From Myxococcota bacterium (GTDB taxonomy: Bacteria; Myxococcota_A; UBA796; UBA2385): a stretch of DNA of 64,000 bases. The notes beneath the pieces were generated by a model, which saw only the letters and a list, made by a program, of their open reading frames with translations, ran no database searches and was not told the origin of the DNA. Made by a program: the position numbers and the translations under genes. This document shows positions 42,787 to 52,151 of this stretch, in pieces (position 1 is the stretch's first letter; each line of letters begins with the position of its first letter). Location of the stretch: assembly GCA_044344255.1 (NCBI GenBank), contig JBIJDH010000018.1:71278-135277 (forward strand), in the 5' to 3' direction.

Positions 42787-45331
42787 GCGCGGCGGCGCTG
42801 CCCGCCAGATTGAGCTGCTCCACTGCGGGTGGACCCTGCTCGGCACCCTCCCCGGGGCCTTCGCGGGCCCGTCCGAGCTCCCCGAGGTCGGCTGGGGGCC
42901 GGCGGTGGTGCCGGGCACGGTGGCCCAGGCCCTCCGCCTCGATCTCGACCGCCCGCCCGACCTCGAGGCCGAGGACTGGTGGTACCGCTGCACCCTCCCG
43001 GCGGGGCCGTCGGGCGGGGACATGGCGGTGCTCTGCCTCGATGGCCTCGCCACCCTCGCCGAGGTCTTCCTGAACGGGGAGCGGCTGCTCGTCTCCCGCT
43101 CGATGTTCCGCCGGCACCGCCTCCGGGTGGAGCTCCGGGGCGACGACGCGCTGGCGATCTGCTTCCGCGCCCTCCGCCCCGAGCTCGAGCGGCGGCGCCC
43201 CCGCCCGCGCTGGAAGGCGGCGCTCGTGGAGGAGGGGAACGTCCGCTGGCTGCGCACGACGCTGCTCGGGCGCATCCCCGGCTGGACGCCGCGGCTCCCC
43301 CCGGTGGGCCCCTATCGGTCGATCCGTCTGGAGCGTTGGGACGCGGTGGCGCTGCGGCGCCTGGAGCTCAGCCCCCGCCTCGACGGGGACCTCGGGCGCG
43401 TCGGCCTCTCCGCCGAGCTCCGCCCCCTGGAGGGGGTGACCGTCACCGCCGCCCGCCTGTCGGTGGGGGAGTGGGACTTCCCGCTCGCGCTCGTGCCGGG
43501 CGAGGACGAGGCCGGGGCGCCGGTGCTGGGCGTGCAGGCCGAGGTCTATCTGCAGGACCCCCCGCGCTGGTGGCCCCACGGCCACGGGGCGCAGCCGCTG
43601 TTGCCCACCGCGCTGCACCTCGAGACCTCGGTGGGAGAGCGGGTGATCGACTGTGGGCCGGTCGGCTTCCGTTCGGTCTCGCTCGACCGCGAGGGGGGCC
43701 GGGTCTCGCTCCGCGTGAACGGGCGGGCCATCTTCTGTCGCGGCGCCTGTTGGACCGTGGAGGACGCCCGCAGCCTCGACGGGCCGCCCGGCGCTATCAC
43801 CGCCACGCTCCGCCGAGCCCGCGAGGGCGGCCTGAACATGCTGCGCATCGGCGGCACGATGGTCTATGGGAGCGACGAGCTCTATCAGGCGGCGGACGCG
43901 CTCGGTGTCCTCGTCTGGCAGGACCTCTCCTTCGCCAACCTCGACTACCCCTTCGCGGACCCTGATTTTTGCCGCGAGGCCACGGAGGAGGTGGAGGAGC
44001 AGCTCCGCCGCCTCCGCCGGCACCCGAGCCTCGCGGTCTGGTGCGGGAACAGCGAGATCCAGCAGCAGGTGGCGATGCTCGGCCTGCCGCGGGAGCTGTG
44101 GGCCGACCCCTTCTTCACCGAGGCCGTGCCCGACCTCGTCCGCGCCCTGCACCCGGGCGCGGCCTACTTCCCCTCCACGCCCTGTGAGGGCGCCCTCCCC
44201 TTTCACACCGCGACCGGCCTCACCCACTACTATGGGGTCGGGGCCTATCGGCGGCCCCTCTCCGATGTCCGGGCGGCCCGGGTGCGCTTCAGCCCCGAGT
44301 GCCTCGGCTTCTCGAACGTGCCCGACCAGCTCGCCCTCGAGCGGTTGAGCGGCGGCGCCCTGCCGCTCCCGCACCAGCCCGCCTGGAAGGCCGGCGTGCC
44401 GCGGGACGCCGGCGCGGGCTGGGACTTCGAGGACGTGCGAGACCACTATCTCCAGTCCTTGTTCGGGGTTGACCCTGTCGCGCTCCGCAGCGTCGATCCG
44501 GAGCGTTACTTCGCCCTCTCCCGCGCCGTCACCGGCGAGCTGATGTTGCGGGTCTTCGCCGAGTGGAGGCGGCCGGCGGGCCCCCGCGGCGACGGCGGCA
44601 GCGGCTGCGGCGGCGCCCTCGTCTGGTTCTTGAAGGACCTCCGCCCCGGCGCCGGCTGGGGCATCCTCGACGACCAGGGTCGCCCGAAGGCGGCCTATTG
44701 GTACCTCCGCCGCGCCTGGGCGGGCCGCGCGGTCTTGATGACCGAGGAGGGGCAGGACGGCGTCGATCTGCACGTCCACAACGAGCACCCTGAGCCCCTG
44801 GTGGCCACGGTGGAGCTCGAGCTGCTGCGCGGGGGGCGCCAGCGGGTCGGCTGGGCGGCCCACCCCGTCACGCTCGAGCCCTGGGGCGCCCTCACCCTGC
44901 AAGGGGACGCCTTGCTCCCCTCCTTCTCTGACCTCGCCCTGGCCTATCGTTTCGGGCCGCCGGGCCATGACGTCGTGGTGGCGCGGCTCGTCGGGGAGGG
45001 GGGCGCGCTCCTCCACGAGGACGCCGTCTTCCCGGGCGGGCACACGCTGCGGCCGGTGGAGGTCGGCGCCCTCCGCGCCCACGTCGCGCCCGCCGCCGAC
45101 GGCGCGCTTTGGCTGCACCTCCGCGCCGAGGCCTTCCTCCAGACCGTCACGATCACGAGCCCGGGCTGGGAGGTCGAGGAGGACTGCCTCCACCTCTCTC
45201 CGGGGCGAGAGCGGGCGCTGCGCCTGACCGCGCTGCCGGTCGCCGCGGGGGCGCGGGCCCGGCCCTTCAAGGCGGAGGTGAGCGCGCTCAACCTCGAGGG
45301 CAGCCTGACCGTGCGGGGGCCCGCCGCCTGA
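42779..45331 (+). CDS. Glycoside hydrolase family 2, beta-mannosidase-like
   Basis: GGTMVYGSDELYQAADALGVLVWQDLSFANLDYP, AVWCGNSEIQQQ (acid/base Glu context), FSPECLGFSN (nucleophile Glu context). No signal peptide. The start overlaps the DUF1839-like gene by 8 nt. Confidence 0.8.
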   Translation: MAERGGAARQIELLHCGWTLLGTLPGAFAGPSELPEVGWGPAVVPGTVAQALRLDLDRPPDLEAEDWWYRCTLPAGPSGGDMAVLCLDGLATLAEVFLNGERLLVSRSMFRRHRLRVELRGDDALAICFRALRPELERRRPRPRWKAALVEEGNVRWLRTTLLGRIPGWTPRLPPVGPYRSIRLERWDAVALRRLELSPRLDGDLGRVGLSAELRPLEGVTVTAARLSVGEWDFPLALVPGEDEAGAPVLGVQAEVYLQDPPRWWPHGHGAQPLLPTALHLETSVGERVIDCGPVGFRSVSLDREGGRVSLRVNGRAIFCRGACWTVEDARSLDGPPGAITATLRRAREGGLNMLRIGGTMVYGSDELYQAADALGVLVWQDLSFANLDYPFADPDFCREATEEVEEQLRRLRRHPSLAVWCGNSEIQQQVAMLGLPRELWADPFFTEAVPDLVRALHPGAAYFPSTPCEGALPFHTATGLTHYYGVGAYRRPLSDVRAARVRFSPECLGFSNVPDQLALERLSGGALPLPHQPAWKAGVPRDAGAGWDFEDVRDHYLQSLFGVDPVALRSVDPERYFALSRAVTGELMLRVFAEWRRPAGPRGDGGSGCGGALVWFLKDLRPGAGWGILDDQGRPKAAYWYLRRAWAGRAVLMTEEGQDGVDLHVHNEHPEPLVATVELELLRGGRQRVGWAAHPVTLEPWGALTLQGDALLPSFSDLALAYRFGPPGHDVVVARLVGEGGALLHEDAVFPGGHTLRPVEVGALRAHVAPAADGALWLHLRAEAFLQTVTITSPGWEVEEDCLHLSPGRERALRLTALPVAAGARARPFKAEVSALNLEGSLTVRGPAA

Positions 45332-45369
45332 GGGCCCGTTAGGGGGCGGGTGGACGGAGGGGGAGGCCC

Positions 45370-45999
45370 ATGTTCATCGGATGGCTCCTGATCGCGCTCG
45401 GGCTCGCCCGCGGCGCCCCCCGCCCGCCGCCCGAGGGCTGGACCGACCTGTGCACCCTGCCCGGCCTGCTCTTCGAGGTGGGCTATGCCACGGCGCAGAA
45501 TTTCACCGGGGCGCCGCTCCCTGGCTATGGCGAGCCCGGAGCCTGGCTGCGGAGCGCCCCCGCCGCCGCCCTGGCCGGGGCTCAGCGGGCGGCCGAGGGA
45601 GAGGGTCTCGCGATCCTCGTCTATGACGCCTATCGTCCAGAGCGGGCCAGCCGAGCGATGGTCGAGTGGGCGAAGCGGGAGGGCCAGCTCCGTCTTGTCA
45701 CCGACGGCTACGTCGCGGCCCGCTCCCGACACAACCGCGGCGTCGCCGTTGACCTCACCCTCGCCCGGGACGGTCAGCCTCTCGACATGGGCACCCCCTG
45801 GGACCACTTCTCCGAGGCCAGCCATGGTGTCAACGCGGAGGGCCTCCCGCGAGAGAACCGGGACCGCCTCTCCCGTATCCTGGTCGCCGCTGGCTTTCGG
45901 CCCTATTCGAAGGAGTGGTGGCACTTCTCCTGGCCCGCGGACGCCGCCCCCATCGACATCCCGTACGAGGATGACATCCCTGACGAGGACAGCCCATGA
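45370..45999 (+). CDS. D-alanyl-D-alanine dipeptidase (VanX/DdpX, peptidase M15D)
   Basis: GYATAQNFTG, VYDAYRP, SRHNRGVAVDLTL (Zn ligands), EWWHFSW. N-terminal hydrophobic leader. GGAGG RBS. Confidence 0.85.
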   Translation: MFIGWLLIALGLARGAPRPPPEGWTDLCTLPGLLFEVGYATAQNFTGAPLPGYGEPGAWLRSAPAAALAGAQRAAEGEGLAILVYDAYRPERASRAMVEWAKREGQLRLVTDGYVAARSRHNRGVAVDLTLARDGQPLDMGTPWDHFSEASHGVNAEGLPRENRDRLSRILVAAGFRPYSKEWWHFSWPADAAPIDIPYEDDIPDEDSP

Positions 46000-47327
46000 A
46001 TCGCCTGAAGAAGGTCGGCGCCCCCCTGTTCGGCCTGTTTTTGCTCGGGGCGGCCCCCTCCGCGCCGGCCGCCCCGGGCGCGGAGGGCCCCGCGTGGCGG
46101 CAGCTCCGCGCCCCCGCGGCCTCCGCGAGCTCCTATCTCAAGAGCAACTGGAACAAGTACGAAGAGAACTACCACCCGAACTACGTGCTCGACGGAGACC
46201 CGCGCACCGCCTGGGTGGAGGGAGACGCGGGTGATGGTGTGGGGGCCACCCTCTCGATCCCCCTCTCCACGCTCTCTTCGGCGCGGGCGATCAAGCTGCG
46301 GGTCCGCAACGGCTATCAGAAGAGCGAGGCGCTGCTGCTGGCCAACGGCGCCCCCTCGGCGGTGACCGCCACCGTCACCCGGCACGGCGCGCCGGTGGCG
46401 AGCCTGCCGCTCACCCTGTCGGCGACGATGGGCTGGCAGGAGTTCACCCTCCCAGTCCCCGCGGGAGCGTCGATCGACGGGGTCGAGCTCCGGCTGGAGT
46501 CGGTGCGAGCGGGGAAGACCTACAAGGACACCTGCATCTCGGACGTCGAGCTGTGGTCGGACTCCGACGTGCCCTACGCCGCCGCGGTCGAGGCGGCCAA
46601 GCACGCTGCGGTGGTCGGCTGGATCGGCGAGCGGGTCGCGGCGGCGCGGTACTTCGCCGCCCTCCCGCCGAGCTGGCCCTACGCCGGCACCGACCTCCAG
46701 TGGAGGGACCTCCCCACCCGCTCCGAGGCCGCCTTTGAGGCGGCGGCCGGCCCGCTCCGGGCGGCGGCGAGCGCGGTCCTGGCGCAGGGGCCGCGCTACA
46801 AGCCGGCCTTTCAGACGACCTGGCGGGACCCGGACGGGGTCTATGAGCCCGCGCTCCTGTCCTCCTTCCTCCTGTCCGCCAACGTCTCCTTCTTCGAGAC
46901 GGACAAGGAGGTCGTCAAGGACCTCCGAACCACCGACGACGAGTACGCGCGGGAGGACGCCCTCCGCGATCTCCACGTCGAGTGGGCCGGGGCGGACCAG
47001 CGCACCGCCGCCGGTGTGGCCTATCGCCACCGCAGCGTCTGGGACGAGCGGACCTTGACCACCCGAAATCGCGAAGTCTATCTTCAGTACGACGCCCAGG
47101 GCCGGCTGGCCCGGTGGTGGACCTTGGCGAACGAGCAGGAGGGCTCTGGCCGCTGCGGCGCCACTCGAGCGGAGACGGTGGGGGTGGTGGTCTGGAGCGC
47201 CGCTGGCAAGGTGGAGGGGCTGGAGTCTGTCGAGCGCTACATGAACCACCGCTACGACGACGCCGCGGGCGACTGCGCAGCGGCCTGGACCACGGAGCTC
47301 CGGGTGCAGGCGGGGGCATTCCGCTGA
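45996..47327 (+). CDS. Secreted hypothetical protein with N-terminal discoidin/galactose-binding-like domain
   Basis: Signal peptide MNRLKKVGAPLFGLFLLGAAPSAPA. NYVLDGDPRTAWVEG is typical of F5/8-type-C-like domains. ATGA overlap with the VanX-like gene. Confidence 0.6.
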   Translation: MNRLKKVGAPLFGLFLLGAAPSAPAAPGAEGPAWRQLRAPAASASSYLKSNWNKYEENYHPNYVLDGDPRTAWVEGDAGDGVGATLSIPLSTLSSARAIKLRVRNGYQKSEALLLANGAPSAVTATVTRHGAPVASLPLTLSATMGWQEFTLPVPAGASIDGVELRLESVRAGKTYKDTCISDVELWSDSDVPYAAAVEAAKHAAVVGWIGERVAAARYFAALPPSWPYAGTDLQWRDLPTRSEAAFEAAAGPLRAAASAVLAQGPRYKPAFQTTWRDPDGVYEPALLSSFLLSANVSFFETDKEVVKDLRTTDDEYAREDALRDLHVEWAGADQRTAAGVAYRHRSVWDERTLTTRNREVYLQYDAQGRLARWWTLANEQEGSGRCGATRAETVGVVVWSAAGKVEGLESVERYMNHRYDDAAGDCAAAWTTELRVQAGAFR

Positions 47328-48349
47328 GCGGGCTCCCGCTGAGCTGGCTCCCGCTGCTGCTGCTCGTGGGCTTCGACTGGGGGCTCGATCCGGCGCGGCG
47401 GCCCCTCGAGGGGCCCTTCGTGAGCGCGGCGGTCTGCCTCGACTGCCACCCGGCGCAGGTGGCGGAGTGGCGCCCCAGCCGACACGCGCGCGCCTGGACC
47501 GACGAGGTCTTTCGAGAGGGCTTCATCCAGGAGCCGCTCGAGCCCTGCGCCTCCTGCCACGCCCCCTTCGCCGAGCAGAGCCGCGAGGCCCTCCGCAACC
47601 TGCCGCATTACCGCTCTCGCCGGCGGGTGGACGGGGGGCCGATCGTGCCCGCGCTGCCGGAGCCGAAGGCCGAGGAGGGGGTGACCTGCGCGGTCTGTCA
47701 CCTCCGCGGCGGCGTGGTGGTCGGGCCCGGCCTCGGCGGCGTGGCGGCTCACCCCGTCGAGGTCAGCCCCGGCCTCCGCGACGGCGAGGTCTGTCGGCCC
47801 TGCCACGAATTTCCTTTTGTGGAGTCGGTAGACGGGCGGCTCGTGGTCACCGACGAGCCCATGCAGCGCACCTGGACCGAGTGGCGCGCCAGCGGCTCGA
47901 CGGAGACCTGCGTGGGCTGCCACATGCCGGCCGGCAGCCACCGCCTCCGCGGCATCGATGATCTGGACTGGCTCCGCGCCTCGGTGGTGGTGAGCGCGGA
48001 CGCCGCCGGCTTCACGCTCCACAGCGTCGGGGTCGGCCACAACCTGCCCACGGGGGACCTCTTCCGCCGCCTCAGCCTGGAGGTGGAGGGGGCGGTGGTG
48101 GCAGAGCTCGGGCGCCGCTTCGCCCTCCGCGAGGAGGCCGACGGCCTGCACAAGCGCGAGGTCGCCGACACCACCCTCCGCCCCGGGGAGGCGCGCCGCG
48201 TCCCCTACCCGGGCGCCGATCGGGCCCGCTGGCGCCTGCTGTACCACAAGGGCTCGCCGGAGGACGAGGCGCGGGCCCGAGTCTCCTCTGATCGGCTGGT
48301 GATCGAGCTCGCCGCCTCCCCCAGCGCGCGGGGCGCCGGCCGAGAGTGA
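47324..48349 (+). CDS. Pentaheme c-type cytochrome (start codon uncertain)
   Basis: Five CxxCH motifs: CLDCH, CASCH, CAVCH, CRPCH, CVGCH. The hydrophobic leader LSGLPLSWLPLLLLVGF has no in-frame ATG. Only CTG (47324, 47339...) or GTG (47366) lie downstream of the upstream gene's stop. Confidence 0.6.
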   Translation: MSGLPLSWLPLLLLVGFDWGLDPARRPLEGPFVSAAVCLDCHPAQVAEWRPSRHARAWTDEVFREGFIQEPLEPCASCHAPFAEQSREALRNLPHYRSRRRVDGGPIVPALPEPKAEEGVTCAVCHLRGGVVVGPGLGGVAAHPVEVSPGLRDGEVCRPCHEFPFVESVDGRLVVTDEPMQRTWTEWRASGSTETCVGCHMPAGSHRLRGIDDLDWLRASVVVSADAAGFTLHSVGVGHNLPTGDLFRRLSLEVEGAVVAELGRRFALREEADGLHKREVADTTLRPGEARRVPYPGADRARWRLLYHKGSPEDEARARVSSDRLVIELAASPSARGAGRE

Positions 48350-48507
48350 CGGATGTGGGAAGTGTGAGGGGTCCGCCGATCGGGGAGGTCCGATAGCGGG
48401 GTGGGGCGGGCGATGGCCGCTGTCCCTCGTGGCCCAGTCCAATTTCCTCTCGCTGATCCCCGAATCCCCAGCCTCGAAAACCCTGTTCACTGTGTTGGAG
48501 TGCACTC

Positions 48508-51171
48508 ATGCGCCTCGAACGTCTCTTGTTCACGCTCGCCTTCGCCGCCACCCTCCCCGGCTGCGGGGACAAGGATGACACCGCCGCACCCCCCTCGGAC
48601 GATGGCGGAGATGAGACCGGCGCGCCTTGCGAGGATGAGGTGCCTCCCGAGCTCTGTGACGGCCTCGACAACGACAACGACGGCGCCGTAGACGAGGACT
48701 TCAGCGACGCCGACCTCGACGGTACGGCCGACTGCATGGAGACCACCGACGAGTGTGACCACATCGACAACGACGGCGACGGGGCCGTGGACGAAGACGG
48801 CGGTGACGCCGATGAAGACGGCATCGTAGACTGCGACGACGTCGAGGACTGTGACTGTGTCGACAACAACGGCGACGGCACGGTGGACGAGGGCTGCGCC
48901 TACGAGCTCGGCATCACCGCCTCGGGCGACGACACCGCCACCCTCTATGTGGACGGGGCCACCATCGGCGGCACCTCGGGCTGGTCTGTCCCCGGCTCCT
49001 TCGCGGTCGGCGTGAGCGGGAGCCAGCACTGGGTGGCCGCCACCGTCTCCGACGTGAGCGGCGTACAGGCTGGCTTTATCGCCGCCGTCTATGTCAACGG
49101 CGTGCTCACCTCCGTCACCGGCGACGGATCCTGGTTCGGCTCCACCGGCTCCCCCTCCGCGGCGGGCTGGGCCACCTCCACCGCCGGCCTGTCCGAGGCC
49201 ACCGTGGCCTCGTGCACCTGGGGCGGCCTCCCCGCCTTCACCGGCACGGGGGCGGAGTGGGTCTGGGAGGGTGACTGCGCCGATGAGCGCAGCTTCCCCC
49301 GCGCCTGGTACGTGGCCGAGATCAACATCTGCCCCGAGTCCGAGACCTGTGACGGGGAGGACAACGACGGGGACGGCGAGGCCGACGAGGGCTTCGGCGA
49401 CATCGACGAGGACGGCGTCGCCGACTGTGTAGACATCGAAGACTGCGACGGCCTCGACAACACGGGCGAGGGGCTGATCGACGAGGACCTCCCGGACAGC
49501 GACGGCGACGGCACCTGCGACGAGCGCGACAAGGAAGAGTGTGACGGCCTCGACAACGACGGCAACGGTGAGGTCGACGAGCTCTACAACGACACGGACG
49601 GCGACGGCATCGCCGACTGTATCGACGAGGAGGAGTGTGACGGCCTCGACAACGACGGTGACGGCGGCATTGACGAGGGCTACGGCGACAGCGACGAAGA
49701 CGGGACGGCCGACTGCGTCGACAAGGAGGAGTGTGATGGCCTCGACAACGACGGCGACGGGAAGGTGGACGAGCTCTGGGGCGACGTGGACGGTGACTCC
49801 ATCGTGGACTGCCTCGACGTCGAGGACTGTGACGGCATCGACAACGACGGCGACGGCGCGGTCGATGAGGATTGGGCCGACACCGACGGCGACGGCGTGG
49901 GCGACTGCGAGCCCGAGGCCTGTGACTGCGAGGACAACGACGGCGACGGCCTCGTGGACGAGGACTGCAAGTACAGCCTGTCCGTGATCGGCGCCGCCGA
50001 CGACACCTTTGACCTCTACCTCGACGGCGCGGCCTGGGGCACGGGCTCGGGCTGGGGCACGCCCGACACCTTCACCACCTCGGTGATGGGCGGCACGCAC
50101 CACATCGCCGCCGAGGCGAGCGACATCTACGGCGCCTACGCGGGCTTCGCGGCGGTGGTCTCCGTGGACGGCGTCGATCAGGCCGCCACGGGGGACGGGC
50201 TGTTCATGGGAGAGGCGGGCGTGCCGACCGGCACGGGCTGGAGCACCTCGACCCTCGGCCTCTCGAGCGAGCAGGTGGTGGTCGGCCCCTGGGGGCTGCC
50301 GGGTGACCTCGCAGGTACGGGCGCCGAGTGGGTGTGGCAGGGCGGCAGCATGGAGTCGGACTCGGACTGGGTGACCGACAGCTACTACGTGCTCGAGCTC
50401 GACCTCTGCGGCAGCTACGAGCCCGAGGTCTGTGACGGCGTGGACAACGACGAAGACGGAGAGATCGACGAGGGCTACTCGGACGTGGACGAAGACGGCG
50501 TCGCCGACTGCGTGGACGAAGAGACCTGCGGCGACGAGCTCGACAACGACGGCGACGGCTCGGTGGACGAGGACTGCATCGGCGACTGCCCGGCCCCCAC
50601 CTACAAGAGCGTCTGCACCATCACCCTGTCCTCGGGCGCGGTGAGCTGCACCGGCGCCAACCCGATGACCCTCATCAGTACGAGCTCGGGCTACACCTAC
50701 GAGCTCCAGATGGCGGAGTTCGACATCGCCACCTTCAACACCCTGTTCTCGGGGCCGAAGGACTGGGCCCTGCACATCTCGGACTCCCCCACCGGCGACG
50801 GCAACAGCGGGGACGGCGGGGACTTCGAGAACGACTCGGAGTTCCAGGTCTTCGGCACCTCGGTGGCGCTCTACGGCTCCGACGTGGTGAGCTCGGCCCT
50901 CCAGTTCAGTCAGTCCTCGGCCTTCGCGACCTACGAGGAGACGGAGTCCGTCCTCTGTGACAGCTACTTCTCCTTCGAGAGCAGCACCACCTTCCTCGAG
51001 GCGCGCGGCGCCGGGGTGTTCCAGATTGACGGCGATGAGCCCGACAGCGGCTCGGCGGCGAGCGGCGGCTTCAATGACCGGGCGGTCTACCTCGGCGTCA
51101 ATCGAGTGGTGGGCTCCACGTCGCGGACGGGCTCGGGCGTGAAGGCGATCACGGTCACCTTCGGGAAGTGA
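48508..51171 (+). CDS. Large lipoprotein with two blocks of MopE-type CDGxDNDGDGxVDE repeats and beta-rich domains
   Basis: Lipobox LAFAATLPGC. More than 15 Cys/Asp repeats (CDGLDNDNDGAVDE, CDHIDNDGDGAVDE, CDGEDNDGDGEADE ...). GGAG RBS before the ATG. Confidence 0.8.
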   Translation: MRLERLLFTLAFAATLPGCGDKDDTAAPPSDDGGDETGAPCEDEVPPELCDGLDNDNDGAVDEDFSDADLDGTADCMETTDECDHIDNDGDGAVDEDGGDADEDGIVDCDDVEDCDCVDNNGDGTVDEGCAYELGITASGDDTATLYVDGATIGGTSGWSVPGSFAVGVSGSQHWVAATVSDVSGVQAGFIAAVYVNGVLTSVTGDGSWFGSTGSPSAAGWATSTAGLSEATVASCTWGGLPAFTGTGAEWVWEGDCADERSFPRAWYVAEINICPESETCDGEDNDGDGEADEGFGDIDEDGVADCVDIEDCDGLDNTGEGLIDEDLPDSDGDGTCDERDKEECDGLDNDGNGEVDELYNDTDGDGIADCIDEEECDGLDNDGDGGIDEGYGDSDEDGTADCVDKEECDGLDNDGDGKVDELWGDVDGDSIVDCLDVEDCDGIDNDGDGAVDEDWADTDGDGVGDCEPEACDCEDNDGDGLVDEDCKYSLSVIGAADDTFDLYLDGAAWGTGSGWGTPDTFTTSVMGGTHHIAAEASDIYGAYAGFAAVVSVDGVDQAATGDGLFMGEAGVPTGTGWSTSTLGLSSEQVVVGPWGLPGDLAGTGAEWVWQGGSMESDSDWVTDSYYVLELDLCGSYEPEVCDGVDNDEDGEIDEGYSDVDEDGVADCVDEETCGDELDNDGDGSVDEDCIGDCPAPTYKSVCTITLSSGAVSCTGANPMTLISTSSGYTYELQMAEFDIATFNTLFSGPKDWALHISDSPTGDGNSGDGGDFENDSEFQVFGTSVALYGSDVVSSALQFSQSSAFATYEETESVLCDSYFSFESSTTFLEARGAGVFQIDGDEPDSGSAASGGFNDRAVYLGVNRVVGSTSRTGSGVKAITVTFGK

Positions 51172-51223
51172 CCCCGCATGGGCCGCCGGGGGCCCCCGCG
51201 GGGGCGACCCGGCGCGCCGCGCG

Positions 51224-51247
51224 CCCTATTCGGGGATGATGGGGGGG
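51224..51247. repeat. Copy 1 of a 23-24-nt direct repeat CCCTATTCGGGGATGAYGGGGGG
   Basis: CCCTATTCGGGGATGATGGGGGGG. On the minus strand it reads PPIIPE-stop at the end of a GC3-rich open frame. Confidence 0.8.
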
Positions 51248-51447
51248 CCTGAGCTCTGCCCGCCGTCCCATTGGTACCGGTTCCCGGTCCGCACGTCGGC
51301 GTAGTTGTAGACGGTGGGGGTGACGTACCTCTGCCCCTCCCGCTCCAGGCCGACCTCGTCGCTCGACCGCCGCGGCCGCAAAGGCGGCGGCGAGCGCTAT
51401 GTGATCAGCCATGGGGGCAGGGGGTATCGGCGGCCCTGCTCGCGACC

Positions 51448-52038
51448 ATGCCCGAGTACCGGGACCGTTTCGGACCGCAGATCCTCGCCGCCGACGTTCG
51501 TATCGGCGTACGCGCCGTGGCCATCCTCTTCACCGACCTCACCGGCTCGGCCGCCCTCTATCACGAGCAGGGTGACGCCGCGGCCTTCCGTTTTGTCCAC
51601 GAGCACTTCGCCATCCTGGAGGCGGCGGTGGTGGGCAATCAGGGCGTGCGGGTGAAGACCATCGGGGATGCGCTGATGGCCGCCTTTCACAGCCCCTCAG
51701 ACGCCGTGCGGGCCGCCACGGAGATGATGGAGGGCTTCCGCAAATGGGTGGGGAGCTGGGCCCTCAAACGACAGCCCGGCCTCAAGGTGGGAATCCACTT
51801 CGGCCCCGCGATGGCCGTCCACACCGATGGTGCGGGCCTCGACTACTTTGGCGGCACGGTGAACCTCGCGGCCCGGGCCGAGGGGAAGGCCTCCGGCGGC
51901 GTGGCCGTATGGACAGAGGCCGTACAGTCTGACCCTGGGGTGCTCGCCTTCCTACAGGCGGGTGGCCGGCAGGCAGAGCCCTTTCTGGCCGATGTGAAGG
52001 GGCTGCCAGAGCCCGTCACCCTCTATCGGCTGGCTTGA
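51448..52038 (+). CDS. Stand-alone class III adenylate/guanylate cyclase catalytic domain protein
   Basis: VAILFTDLTGSAALY (metal Asp), VKTIGDALMAAF, GIHFGPA, FGGTVNLAARAEG. The ATG at 51448 is chosen; the ORF-track N-extension is low-complexity. Confidence 0.8.
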   Translation: MPEYRDRFGPQILAADVRIGVRAVAILFTDLTGSAALYHEQGDAAAFRFVHEHFAILEAAVVGNQGVRVKTIGDALMAAFHSPSDAVRAATEMMEGFRKWVGSWALKRQPGLKVGIHFGPAMAVHTDGAGLDYFGGTVNLAARAEGKASGGVAVWTEAVQSDPGVLAFLQAGGRQAEPFLADVKGLPEPVTLYRLA

Positions 52039-52151
52039 ATGGGTGGCGCCGATCACGTTGCCGAAGACGAGGTCACTCGCGGTGCGGAGGCGCTGGGCCG
52101 TCGGCGCGTCCTGCACGCCACCCCGGCGCCCACCCACCCCTGGAGCCTCCC

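Noticed and set aside
48456-48465. Possible third copy of the 23-nt repeat (ATCCCCGAAT, matching the reverse complement of the motif core) upstream of the 48508 lipoprotein gene.
   Set aside because: Only 10 nt match, and in the opposite orientation. A match of that length is expected by chance in 128 kb of GC-rich sequence.
48650-50600. Highly regular short repeats (GACGGCCTCGACAACGACGG...) that could look like a CRISPR-like or satellite array.
   Set aside because: They are in frame and encode the CDGxDNDGDGxVDE Cys/Asp protein repeats of the lipoprotein. Spacing is irregular and there are no unique spacers or cas genes.
51952-52137. 61-aa minus-strand ORF containing DLVFGNVIGAT, reminiscent of the GNVIGSN motif of CaCA cation antiporters, and an 8-bp long-range inverted repeat (GGGTGGCG...CGCCACCC, ~52042-52115).
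   Set aside because: The similarity spans only ~10 residues. The ORF overlaps the 3' end of the well-supported cyclase gene and has poor codon usage. The inverted repeat alone is insufficient to call an RNA element.
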